Shown here in pieces: positions 39,313 to 48,440 of a DNA stretch of 64,000 bases (the stretch's first letter is position 1; each line of letters begins with the position of its first letter). The notes below the pieces were generated by a model. The model saw only the letters and a list, made by a program, of their open reading frames with translations, was not told the origin of the DNA and searched no databases. The stretch is taken from positions 17,682-81,681 of the forward strand of contig JBGSUC010000031.1 of NCBI GenBank assembly GCA_041736275.1. Reading direction: 5' to 3'. Source of the stretch: Prolixibacteraceae bacterium (GTDB lineage: Bacteria; Bacteroidota; Bacteroidia; Bacteroidales; Prolixibacteraceae). The translations under genes were made by a program, and so were the position numbers.

Positions 39313-40650
39313 TTATTCAATGATTTTCCCATTGACAACCACATTTTTTAGTGTCAGTCCTTCGATGATCGATTTATTTAGCTCTCCGTTTTCAGTCGTA
39401 ATTTTAAGATTTTCGAAGGTGAAGTTTTTCAGTTTGTCGTATTCCGAAACATCTATATCTGCAAAGATCTGACATGTCAGTTCAATATTACGGAATACCA
39501 CATGATCGGACGCTGACAGGGGAGGAGTTTCGCGTCCCTGCAAATCGAAGAACTGGATCCATGGTTTGGCAAAAAGTAAGCGATCGGCTTTCCCAGTGAT
39601 GTTTTCAACCAGAATGTATTCGTAAAGTTGTGGGGTGTCGGGTCGGTTTTTTAACCACAAAACACGTGAAGGACCGTCAACCGTGCAGTTGCGTACAATG
39701 ATGTTACGGTTATGAATAGACTCACTTCCGCATGTCACAGCCGAGTGGCAAAATCCAAAGGTACAGTTCTGAATGATGATATTCATGTTAGGCCCATTGG
39801 TCGAATCTTTGTCAGCCCATGGGCCTTTACCGCCTTTCAGGGCAATGGCATCGTCGTTTACTTCCATGTAACAGTCGTTAACCAGCACATTTGAACATAC
39901 ATCAATATCGATAGCATCGGTGCTGGGTGCTTTTACCGGAGCGACAGGCGAAAAAATATGCAGACCGAGCAGTTTCACGTTGGAACATTTGTACAAGTGT
40001 GTAGTCCAGAACCCGGAGTTATGCAGTTTGACGTCCTGCAACTGTACGTTTTTGCTGTTTTGAATGAAAATGAGCCTTGGACGAGAAACTTCGAGGTTGG
40101 TGCACTTCGGGTTTTCGGCTCTGCGCTGCCAAAAGGCTTCCCAGTATTTTAGTCCGTTACCGTCAATGGTTCCTTTGCCGGTGATGGTAAATCCGTCAAC
40201 ACCATACGCATTTACTACAGCAGGGAAATAATCGATGCTTCGCCCTTCCATGCGGGAGGGCATGATTGGAAAGTTGGCAATATCATCAGAGCCAAGCAGC
40301 ATGCCGCCTTTGTTCACATGCAGGTGAGTCCCAGGCTTAAAAAACAGGGCGCCGGTTAAAAACTTTCCTTCAGGAATGATTACGACTCCACCTCCATCGC
40401 TGGCTGCTTTATCAATGGCTTTCTGTATGGATTCAGTATTCAGTGTCTGACCATCGCCTACAGCCCCGAAATCGGTGACAACTAATTGAGTGCCTAGCGT
40501 GTCGGAATTAATTTTTGCTGTATCGGCAAACCATACCGGAATTTCTGTTCCGTCAGGAAAATATTCAACCGTTTTTGTTTCGGGAGTTTTGCACGATATA
40601 AATTGTAAGGTAATGGCAAACATTACGAGTAAAAAGGAGATATTCTTCAT
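39313..40650 (-). CDS. glycoside hydrolase family 28 (polygalacturonase/rhamnogalacturonase-like, parallel beta-helix)
   Basis: Lipoprotein-like signal MKNISFLLVMFAITLQFISC (start moved to 40650); NDDAIALKGG and GSESIHN repeats are typical of GH28. Confidence 0.75.
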   Translation of the reverse strand: MKNISFLLVMFAITLQFISCKTPETKTVEYFPDGTEIPVWFADTAKINSDTLGTQLVVTDFGAVGDGQTLNTESIQKAIDKAASDGGGVVIIPEGKFLTGALFFKPGTHLHVNKGGMLLGSDDIANFPIMPSRMEGRSIDYFPAVVNAYGVDGFTITGKGTIDGNGLKYWEAFWQRRAENPKCTNLEVSRPRLIFIQNSKNVQLQDVKLHNSGFWTTHLYKCSNVKLLGLHIFSPVAPVKAPSTDAIDIDVCSNVLVNDCYMEVNDDAIALKGGKGPWADKDSTNGPNMNIIIQNCTFGFCHSAVTCGSESIHNRNIIVRNCTVDGPSRVLWLKNRPDTPQLYEYILVENITGKADRLLFAKPWIQFFDLQGRETPPLSASDHVVFRNIELTCQIFADIDVSEYDKLKNFTFENLKITTENGELNKSIIEGLTLKNVVVNGKIIE

Positions 40651-41096
40651 GCTTTTGGAAATTTTAACAGTCTTCGGCAAAAATAAGCTTTTAAGGGGCA
40701 CTAAACAAGCTATTTCGAAGCTGCAAGACAAACATGTGGGTAAGTTACAATATCAGAATAGTTAAATGTTTTGGTCTTCGTCATTCAGCTGCATGCTTTA
40801 TTAATAACATTTTATCGTAGTGAATGTCTTATGTCAACTTCGGGAATTTTATTTTTTTTTGCAGGCTAAAATATGGTTAAAGTCATTTATATTTTAATAT
40901 TTGTATTGAATGATAATTTCGAAGTTTTTACGAAACTGATTGATATGTTGCAATGTTTTTTAAGTTAAGACCATGTGTAGACTCATTTTCAACCTTACCA
41001 AAAGTTCGTTTATCGGTAAAAACAGGTCACTCGTACCATTTTATTTTTCATGAATGAAACATTGGTTATAAATTCACGCATCAAAACCCAAAAATC

Positions 41097-41633
41097 ATGA
41101 ACCCAAAAATCAATATTCGTAAAGAAACTTCCTCTGATTACAACCGTGTATTTGAACTTACCCGAAAAGCTTTTGAATCCCTCGAAATCAGTGACCACAA
41201 TGAAGGTAAGCTTGTCGACAAACTTAGAAAAGCACCAACTTTTATCGATGAGCTATCGCTGGTGGCCGAACAGGAAGGACAGATAGTTGGTCACATTTTA
41301 TTTACCCCGGTTATAATCGACAATGGAACGCAACGATATCATTCGCTTATTTTGGCGCCGGTTTCGGTTCTTCCGGAATTTCAGAAAATGGGAATTGGCG
41401 GGCAATTAATTCGTGCCGGACATCAAAAAGCTATTGAACTTGGATTTCACTCTGCTATCTTGCTGGGTCATCCTGAATATTATCCTCGTTTTGGCTACAA
41501 ACCAGCTTCTTCTTGGGGAATTAAATCGCCAATTCCATTGCCTTCCGATGATGTTTTTATGGCCGTCGAACTCATTAAAGGTGCCTTAAACAAGGTCTCT
41601 GGAATGGTTGTTTTTCCTCCGGAATTTGAATAA
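41097..41633 (+). CDS. GNAT-family N-acetyltransferase
   Basis: 178-aa ORF with the acetyl-CoA motif QKMGIGGQLIRAG and a YhbS-like C-terminus GHPEYYPRFGY. Confidence 0.85.
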   Translation: MNPKINIRKETSSDYNRVFELTRKAFESLEISDHNEGKLVDKLRKAPTFIDELSLVAEQEGQIVGHILFTPVIIDNGTQRYHSLILAPVSVLPEFQKMGIGGQLIRAGHQKAIELGFHSAILLGHPEYYPRFGYKPASSWGIKSPIPLPSDDVFMAVELIKGALNKVSGMVVFPPEFE

Positions 41634-41655
41634 AAATCTGTTAAGCCTCTGTGTT

Positions 41656-41680
41656 CTCTGTGGTAAAAAAAACCACAGAG
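41656..41680 (+). repeat. CTCTGTGG / CCACAGAG hairpin with an A-rich loop (no U-tract)
   Basis: 8-bp perfect stem at 41656-41663 / 41673-41680. Related CACAGAG/CACTGAG words recur just downstream. Confidence 0.5.
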
Positions 41681-41733
41681 TTAACTGAGTAATAAATAGA
41701 GTTCCACTGAGAAATAATAGAAAAACAGAAAAA

Positions 41734-43236
41734 ATGCAAAAACAGAAAAAAGCAGTAATTATCGGAGCCGGAGTGGGCGGATTAGCCACAGCCAACTTTC
41801 TGGCGAAGAATGGCTATGCTGTCGAAATCTACGAGAAGAATGCTAATCCCGGTGGCCGATGCGGACAAATAATTCAGGAAGGACACCGATTTGATCTGGG
41901 CGCCACCATTTTGCTGATGCCTTCGCTATACCGAAAAGTTTTATCGGAGCTGGGCGTCGATCTGGACAAAGATCTGGAAACAACATCCCTTGAACCGGTT
42001 TATAAACTTTTTTTCAGCGACGGAAGCGATTTCGCTTTTACCCGTGATCCCGAACGAATGAAAGCTCAACTTGAGAGTATCGAAAAAGGAAGTTTTCCGA
42101 AATATCAGGAATATGTGAAAGAAGGGTATGAATATTTCAACCTTTCGATGAATGGTCTGCTAGGCAAAAATTTCGATCATTTGTTTCAGTTCGTGAATTT
42201 CAAAAGCATGATGTTGCTTTTGAAACTGAAGACCTATTTATACCATACCGATTATATTAAACGATTTTTTGCCGATTCGAAGCTACAGATGGCATTTACG
42301 TTTCAGAACATTTACGTGGGACAAAATCCATACAAGGCTCCGGCATTTTTCTCGATGCTACCCGGTGCCGAAATTGCCGAAGGTGCTTTATTTGCGAAAG
42401 GTGGAATGTACCGGATTGTTGAAAAATTACTCGAACTTGCAAAACAAAATCAGGTTGAGATTCACTATAAAAAACCAGTTGAAAAAATTCTGGTAAATGG
42501 TAAAAAGACTGATGGTATTTTACTGGAAGACGGCACCATTATTCATGCTGATCTGGTTATTGCCAACGCTGATTTGCCATACGTTTACGATAAATTATTA
42601 CGAGATAAACCTAAAACAAAGTCGCTCAGGAAGAAAAAATATTCCTGTTCTGCTATTGTTTTTCACTGGGGACTCGATAAAGTTTATCCGGAGTTAGACC
42701 ATCACAGTGTTTTCCTGAACGATCCTTATAAGTCGGGTTTAGAAAAAATTTTCAATGAAAAATCACTTTCCGAAAATCCGAGTTTTTACGTACATGCACC
42801 TGTTCGCTCTGATAAGTCAGCGGCTCCGGAAAATCAGGATACCATTTCGGTGGTAGTTCCTGCAGCACATTTGGATGAAAAGTATGATCAGGACTGGAAA
42901 AAGCTAAAACAAACTGCCCGCGATGGTGTCATTCGTCGACTTGAAGAAGCTGGGTTGTACGACATTGAAGAACACATCAAATTTGAAATCTGCTATCTGC
43001 CAAAAACATGGGAAAGCACCTGCAATGTGACGCGGGGTTCTGTTTTTGGAAGTTTGTCACATTCAATATTTCAAATGGGCTATTTTAGGCCACACAACCA
43101 ACACAAAAAATACCGAAATTTGTATTTTGCAGGTGGAAGTACACATCCCGGAAACGGAGTTCCATTGGTTCTTCTGGGAGCCAAACTCACGAGCGAACGC
43201 ATTTTAAAAGACGCAAAGAACCTGAATTTCAACTAA
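41734..43236 (+). CDS. crtI: phytoene desaturase-family FAD oxidoreductase
   Basis: 500-aa ORF with the dinucleotide fold VIIGAGVGGLATA and the C-terminal YFAGGSTHPGNGVP typical of CrtI. Confidence 0.85.
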   Translation: MQKQKKAVIIGAGVGGLATANFLAKNGYAVEIYEKNANPGGRCGQIIQEGHRFDLGATILLMPSLYRKVLSELGVDLDKDLETTSLEPVYKLFFSDGSDFAFTRDPERMKAQLESIEKGSFPKYQEYVKEGYEYFNLSMNGLLGKNFDHLFQFVNFKSMMLLLKLKTYLYHTDYIKRFFADSKLQMAFTFQNIYVGQNPYKAPAFFSMLPGAEIAEGALFAKGGMYRIVEKLLELAKQNQVEIHYKKPVEKILVNGKKTDGILLEDGTIIHADLVIANADLPYVYDKLLRDKPKTKSLRKKKYSCSAIVFHWGLDKVYPELDHHSVFLNDPYKSGLEKIFNEKSLSENPSFYVHAPVRSDKSAAPENQDTISVVVPAAHLDEKYDQDWKKLKQTARDGVIRRLEEAGLYDIEEHIKFEICYLPKTWESTCNVTRGSVFGSLSHSIFQMGYFRPHNQHKKYRNLYFAGGSTHPGNGVPLVLLGAKLTSERILKDAKNLNFN

Positions 43237-43237
43237 C

Positions 43238-44185
43238 ATGGAAACTGCTATTCAAACCCAAACCGACCTGTATCTCAATATTTTCGAATCCATCGATTTC
43301 GAAAAAATCATCGATCATCCGAATATTCTGATCGCCGCCCATTTTTGGGACAAGGAACGCTATCAGGCAGCAAAAAACTGCTACAAGTTTATGCGTGCCA
43401 TCGACGATTTGATCGATAACTACAAATCAGAGCATATCACCATAGCTCCTGAAAATCAGGCGCAGTTTGAAGCCGATGTTTACCGTTGGATTAATACGAT
43501 TGCCGAAGCTTCTCAGGATATTCCATCACATCTTGAATTGGTTGAAACCATACAACGATTCAGTATTCCGTTCTGGCCGCTCGAAGCCTTTGCAAAATCG
43601 ATGATTTACGATATTTACAATGATGGATTTCCGACTTTGAAAGGTTTTATCGATTATGCAGGTGGCGCATCAGTAGCTCCGGCTTCAATTTTTGTTCATT
43701 TGTGTGGTTTGACAAGACAAAACGGCCAGTATGTGCCTCCTGTTTTCGATGTAAAACGCGTTGCGACTCCCTGTGCCATTTTTAGTTATCTGGTGCATAT
43801 TATTCGCGATTTTCAGAAAGATCACCTTAATAACCTGAATTATTTTCCGGATGATTTGATTGCTAAATACGGCATGAATCGCCAGCAATTACTTTTTATG
43901 GGCAAAGGAGGACAAATTACCGATGGTTTCCGGAACTTGATTGGCGAATTGTATGAAGTGGCAGACGTTTATCGTTTGCATACGTACGAAATGATTCGGG
44001 AAATCAAACCTTTTATTGAACCACGCGGACAGCTGAGCCTGGAAATTATTTTTGCACTTTATCTGATGGTTTTTGAGCGTATCGACATTGAAAACGGAAC
44101 CTTCACCGCTAAAGAATTAAATCCTACTCCGGAAGAAATTAAGGAGCGCGTTTGGCAGGTGATTGAACGGTTCGAAGCGGAATAG
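43238..44185 (+). CDS. crtB: phytoene/squalene synthase-family prenyltransferase
   Basis: 315-aa ORF with two Asp-rich regions (FMRAIDDLIDN, HIIRDFQKD). Its ATG lies 1 nt after the crtI stop. Confidence 0.75.
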   Translation: METAIQTQTDLYLNIFESIDFEKIIDHPNILIAAHFWDKERYQAAKNCYKFMRAIDDLIDNYKSEHITIAPENQAQFEADVYRWINTIAEASQDIPSHLELVETIQRFSIPFWPLEAFAKSMIYDIYNDGFPTLKGFIDYAGGASVAPASIFVHLCGLTRQNGQYVPPVFDVKRVATPCAIFSYLVHIIRDFQKDHLNNLNYFPDDLIAKYGMNRQQLLFMGKGGQITDGFRNLIGELYEVADVYRLHTYEMIREIKPFIEPRGQLSLEIIFALYLMVFERIDIENGTFTAKELNPTPEEIKERVWQVIERFEAE

Positions 44186-44238
44186 GTGTCCACACATAAT
44201 TGCGTTTCGGATTTGACGTCTAATTAATAATTCATCAT

Positions 44239-46152
44239 ATGGTCTCAAATAAAATGAACCCGGTTGCTGATTATAATCATCCAAATGCATTTTCAGAACT
44301 GGAAAGCGCAATACAGATTGCTCTGGAGACTTATTCCAATGTTCACAGGGGAAGCGGACATTTCTCGATGGTTACCACACATTTATTCGAGCAAGCCCGG
44401 AAAATTGTGTTGGAATATCTTGGACTTAAGGAAAGTCAAAACACAGTTATTTTTTCCAGTTCCAGAAGTACAGAAATCCTCAAAGGACAATTTCCGAAGA
44501 ATTCTTATCAAATAGTATCGAGTAGGGAAATTGGTCTAAGTTTAGGAATCTGCGCCTTTGCCGTCAGCAGAAAAGCTTTGTCCAGAGTAGCTCCTTTGCA
44601 CACCGGTGGCGGTACAGCCAGATTAATCGCTAAAGATTGGGTTGTTTGGGCCAAATCAAACGAAAAATTTGAAGCAGGTACACCTGCTATCATTAACGTC
44701 ATCGCGTTTGCTAAGGCACTGCGCATAATTCAGCATTCAGGGAAAGACATTTTTCTGAATCCAGCTGTGGAGAAACTGACTGCTTCTGAATTACTTTACC
44801 ACGATGAATTAGAGAAACTCTCCAGACGAGAATTATTGATTGAATTCAGGAAAACCCTGATCGGCCAAGACATTTCAGTACCAACGACTAAAGGAATTCG
44901 TCCGTTTATTAACCTTGATAACAGTGCCAGCACTCCGACATTCTATTCGATATGGAATGCTTTTCGCCGGACATTGCAACAACCAGAGCAAATAAAGCAG
45001 GAAGTTATTCATGAAGTTAAGTCTATTTGTGCCGGAATACTGGGGGCTCCAGGGACGGACTACGAAGTAATCTTTACTTCTAATACTACAGAAGCCATAA
45101 ATCTTGCTGCAGAAAGTTTGAGACTGGAATTAGAGATGGACTCTGAACCTGTTATACTCAACACACTTCTTGAACATTCTTCGAACGATTTACCCTGGCG
45201 CATGATTCCCGGGAGTTCAGTGGTCCGGCTGTCGGTAAATGATGAAGGTTTTGTGGATTTGAACGAAATGGAAAACATTCTGAGCGAATATAACCAGAAG
45301 AACCTGCATGGGAAGAAGCGAATCAAAGTTGTAGCTGTAAGCGGCGCATCGAATGTTCTTGGAGTTTGCAACAACCTGACAGAAATTAGCCGAATTGTTC
45401 ATCAGTATGGGGCGCGGTTATTGGTCGATGCAGCTCAATTGGTTGCCCACCGGAAGATTGATATGGAAGGTTTTGGAATTGACTATCTGGCTTTTTCAGC
45501 GCATAAAGTTTACGCACCATTTGGCTGTGGAGCGCTGGTTGTAAGGAAAGGAATTCTTCAATTCAATTCAGCCGAACTTGAACTAATCCGGTCTTCAGGA
45601 GAAGAAAACGCCGGAGGAATTGCGGCTTTGGGAAAGGCACTGGTTCTCCTGCAACGTATAGGAATGGACCTGATCGAGGAAGATGAACTGGCCCTGACAA
45701 GTCGTGTTTTGCAAGGGATGACACAAATACCAGATTTGGAGATATATGGAATAAAAGATCCGGATTCAAATGAATTTACAAATAAAACTGGTGTGATTCC
45801 TTTCGCGTTAAAAAACAAAATGGCTACTCAGGTAGGTAAAGAACTGGCTTTATATGGTGGAATTGGAGTACGAACGGGTTGCCATTGCGCACATATCACG
45901 GTCAAACATATTCTTCATGTTGGACCTGGTCTTGAGAAGTTTCAAAAGCTAATCGTGACTTTATTTCCCAAATTATCACTTCCCGGGGTGGTAAGGGTAA
46001 GTTTGGGCATTGAAAACAGCGAAGCGGATGTTGACCGATTGATTCAAGTGCTGGGTACAATTGCCGATAAATCCCAAAGTCCATCAAAGAAGGAAGTCCG
46101 GCAGCAGGTAAACGATTTTGTCCGGTCTGTGGCTGAAAGAGTGTATAGCTAA
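44239..46152 (+). CDS. two-module class V (SufS/NifS-like) PLP-fold protein
   Basis: The C-terminal module has TSNTTEAINL, the PLP-Lys context AFSAHKVYAPFGCGAL and the active-site Cys context VRTGCHCAH. The N-terminal ~175 aa carry NVHRGSGHFS, FSSSRSTEIL and HTGGGTARL...KFEAGTPAI, but SSRE replaces SGHK. Confidence 0.7.
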   Translation: MVSNKMNPVADYNHPNAFSELESAIQIALETYSNVHRGSGHFSMVTTHLFEQARKIVLEYLGLKESQNTVIFSSSRSTEILKGQFPKNSYQIVSSREIGLSLGICAFAVSRKALSRVAPLHTGGGTARLIAKDWVVWAKSNEKFEAGTPAIINVIAFAKALRIIQHSGKDIFLNPAVEKLTASELLYHDELEKLSRRELLIEFRKTLIGQDISVPTTKGIRPFINLDNSASTPTFYSIWNAFRRTLQQPEQIKQEVIHEVKSICAGILGAPGTDYEVIFTSNTTEAINLAAESLRLELEMDSEPVILNTLLEHSSNDLPWRMIPGSSVVRLSVNDEGFVDLNEMENILSEYNQKNLHGKKRIKVVAVSGASNVLGVCNNLTEISRIVHQYGARLLVDAAQLVAHRKIDMEGFGIDYLAFSAHKVYAPFGCGALVVRKGILQFNSAELELIRSSGEENAGGIAALGKALVLLQRIGMDLIEEDELALTSRVLQGMTQIPDLEIYGIKDPDSNEFTNKTGVIPFALKNKMATQVGKELALYGGIGVRTGCHCAHITVKHILHVGPGLEKFQKLIVTLFPKLSLPGVVRVSLGIENSEADVDRLIQVLGTIADKSQSPSKKEVRQQVNDFVRSVAERVYS

Positions 46153-46159
46153 CTTATTT

Positions 46160-46204
46160 AAAGAGAGCATTGGACAGATGATCAGACGGCTTGAAGCGGA
46201 GTAA
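46160..46204 (+). pseudogene. 45-nt relic of a crtB-like 3' end
   Basis: Ungapped 32/45 nt identity to 44141-44185. It translates to KESIGQMIRRLEAE*, against crtB KERVWQVIERFEAE*. Confidence 0.6.
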
Positions 46205-46231
46205 ACCCGATTTACTTCTGCAGGTTCATAG

Positions 46232-46263
46232 TCAGGGTTTCACTCCAAAGAGAAGCCCTGATT
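46232..46263 (+). repeat. intergenic hairpin repeat, copy 1
   Basis: TCAGGGTTTC-ACTCCAAAGA-GAAGCCCTGATT, downstream of the SufS-like gene. Confidence 0.7.
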
Positions 46264-46451
46264 CTTTATTAAGAAAACTTAACAGGCAGATTTAAACAAA
46301 ACTCGTTTTTAGAGGTTTCTGGAAATAAAGTGTTCCGGTAAACATTAAAATTAAATTACGATGAAATGAGCCATGAGAGAAAACCTCATATACAAAGAGA
46401 TGATTATGGTGGCGGGTTCCATGTGGCAAAAAATAAACAAATTATAAACAC

Positions 46452-47195
46452 ATGAAAAAACTTCTAATTCTTTCGGTTTGTATGGCACTTATTCAATCAA
46501 TTTCAGCACAATCACTGAAGACTGTGAAATATGCGGATGGTACTCAGGAACTAAATGGACTGGTTACCTCCAATGCATGTAAAAACCTGCCCGGTGTATT
46601 AATTCTTCCGGCCTGGATGGGAATCGACGATGAAGCTAAAACAGCGGCACTTCAGCTCGAAAAAGAAGGTTACATTGTCTTTGTTGCTGATATCTACGGA
46701 AAAGGAAATATTCCGACCGATTTCGGCAGTGCAGCTAAAATTGCAACCCAGTTTAAAACTGATTATAAATTGTACCAGAAACGCATTTCACTGGCCTTGG
46801 AACAACTGAAAGCTGCAGGGGCGCAGAGCAGCAAAATAGCGGTCATTGGCTATTGTTTTGGCGGAACGGGTGCACTGGAAACCGCGCGTGCCGGGTTTGA
46901 CGTTAATGGAGTTGTTTCCATTCACGGTGGCCTTGGGAAAGCTTCAGACCGACAAAACGAACCGATTAAAACCAAAGTTCTGGTTGAAAATCCGGCTGAA
47001 GATAAAGGCGTAACGAAAGAGATTTACGACCAACTGGTTCAGGAAATGAAAGATGGAAACGCCGACTGGCAAATTATTACCTACGCCAATTGCGGACATA
47101 CATTTACCAATCCCACTTCAAAGGAGTACAACGAAGTAATGGCCAAACGGGCATGGAACCATACCCTTTTGTTTTTGGGAGAAATACTGAAATAA
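46452..47195 (+). CDS. dienelactone hydrolase-family protein, secreted
   Basis: Signal peptide; nucleophile context IGYCFGG; C-terminal H in YANCGHTF. Confidence 0.8.
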   Translation: MKKLLILSVCMALIQSISAQSLKTVKYADGTQELNGLVTSNACKNLPGVLILPAWMGIDDEAKTAALQLEKEGYIVFVADIYGKGNIPTDFGSAAKIATQFKTDYKLYQKRISLALEQLKAAGAQSSKIAVIGYCFGGTGALETARAGFDVNGVVSIHGGLGKASDRQNEPIKTKVLVENPAEDKGVTKEIYDQLVQEMKDGNADWQIITYANCGHTFTNPTSKEYNEVMAKRAWNHTLLFLGEILK

Positions 47196-47233
47196 TTTGC
47201 CTAAAATGTGTCAGGTAAATGAAAACATAGATA

Positions 47234-48178
47234 ATGAAAAGGATAAAAATTAATAACACTGATTTGGAAGTTGCTCCGATTAATTTAGGAGGAAATGTTT
47301 TTGGGTGGACGCTTGACGAAAAGCAATCGTTCCAAATTCTGGATGCTTTTGCCGATGCCGGATTCAATTTTATTGATACCGCTAATACATATTCGTGGTG
47401 GGTGAATGGCGTTGGCGGACAGTCGGAAACCATTATCGGGAACTGGATGAAATCCCGGGGAAACCGCGACAAAATGGTGATTGCAACTAAAGTGGGTTCG
47501 CAAACCAAAGATCATCCGGTTGACATCAGCAAAAAGCAGATCCTGAAATGTGTTGACGAGTCGCTCCAACGTCTTCAAATTGAATGCATTGATTTATACT
47601 ATACGCATTTCGACGACGAAAAAACACCCGTTGAGGAAACGATGTCGGCTTACGACGAAATAGTTAAGGCTGGGAAAGTGCGTTATATAGCTGCCTCCAA
47701 TTTATTGCCGTCTCGTCTGGTCGAATCGTTTGAAGTTTCTGAAAGGAATGGTTTTTCGAAATATGTGGCTTTGCAACCGCACTACAATTTGGTTGAACGC
47801 ACTAACTACGAAACCAACTATTTGCCTTTGGCCGAAAAATACGGGCTGAGCGTTTTCCCTTACTGGTCGCTGGCAGCAGGTTTCCTGACCGGCAAATACC
47901 GTACTGAAGAGGATTTGGGAAAAAGTGTTCGTGGAGCCGGTGTAAAAAAGTATTTGAATGAAAAGGGATTTGGTGTACTGGCTGCTTTGGATCAGGTGGC
48001 CAAAAAGCACAATACCAAACAAGCAACTGTTGCATTGGCGTGGTTAATAGTGCAGCCGCACATTGGCGCTCCCATTGTAAGCGCAACCAGTCGAAGCCAG
48101 TTGCAAACTTTGTTCGATGCCCCTAACCTGAAGCTTGATGCAGATGATTTAGCGCTGCTGGATAAAAAGAGTATGTAA
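47234..48178 (+). CDS. aldo/keto reductase
   Basis: 314-aa ORF with FIDTANTY, LQIECIDLYYTH and IAASN motifs. Confidence 0.9.
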   Translation: MKRIKINNTDLEVAPINLGGNVFGWTLDEKQSFQILDAFADAGFNFIDTANTYSWWVNGVGGQSETIIGNWMKSRGNRDKMVIATKVGSQTKDHPVDISKKQILKCVDESLQRLQIECIDLYYTHFDDEKTPVEETMSAYDEIVKAGKVRYIAASNLLPSRLVESFEVSERNGFSKYVALQPHYNLVERTNYETNYLPLAEKYGLSVFPYWSLAAGFLTGKYRTEEDLGKSVRGAGVKKYLNEKGFGVLAALDQVAKKHNTKQATVALAWLIVQPHIGAPIVSATSRSQLQTLFDAPNLKLDADDLALLDKKSM

Positions 48179-48199
48179 AGATTTGCTATTGCTTTTAAT

Positions 48200-48262
48200 T
48201 CAGGGTTTCACTCAAAGTGAGGCCCTGATTTGTTTTAGCCATATATAACCCAACTGTTTATA
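48200..48262 (+). repeat. intergenic hairpin repeat, copy 2 (best copy)
   Basis: CAGGGTTTCAC-TCAAA-GTGAGGCCCTG, an 11-bp stem with two G-U pairs, plus a tail sharing CCATATA.TAACC with copy 3. Confidence 0.75.
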
Positions 48263-48440
48263 AGTTGATGATTTCATGAAAACTCTTTTCTGAAATCAAA
48301 GTATTTCGGGGGAGAGTTTTTATATTTAGCAGAAATATATGGTTTTGCGAAGATCATTCCTGTATATGATTAAGCGCAACTCACATCATAATTTTCAGCA
48401 GTTTCGGTTGCACCTCTTTTGTTTTTTCGAAATATATTAA

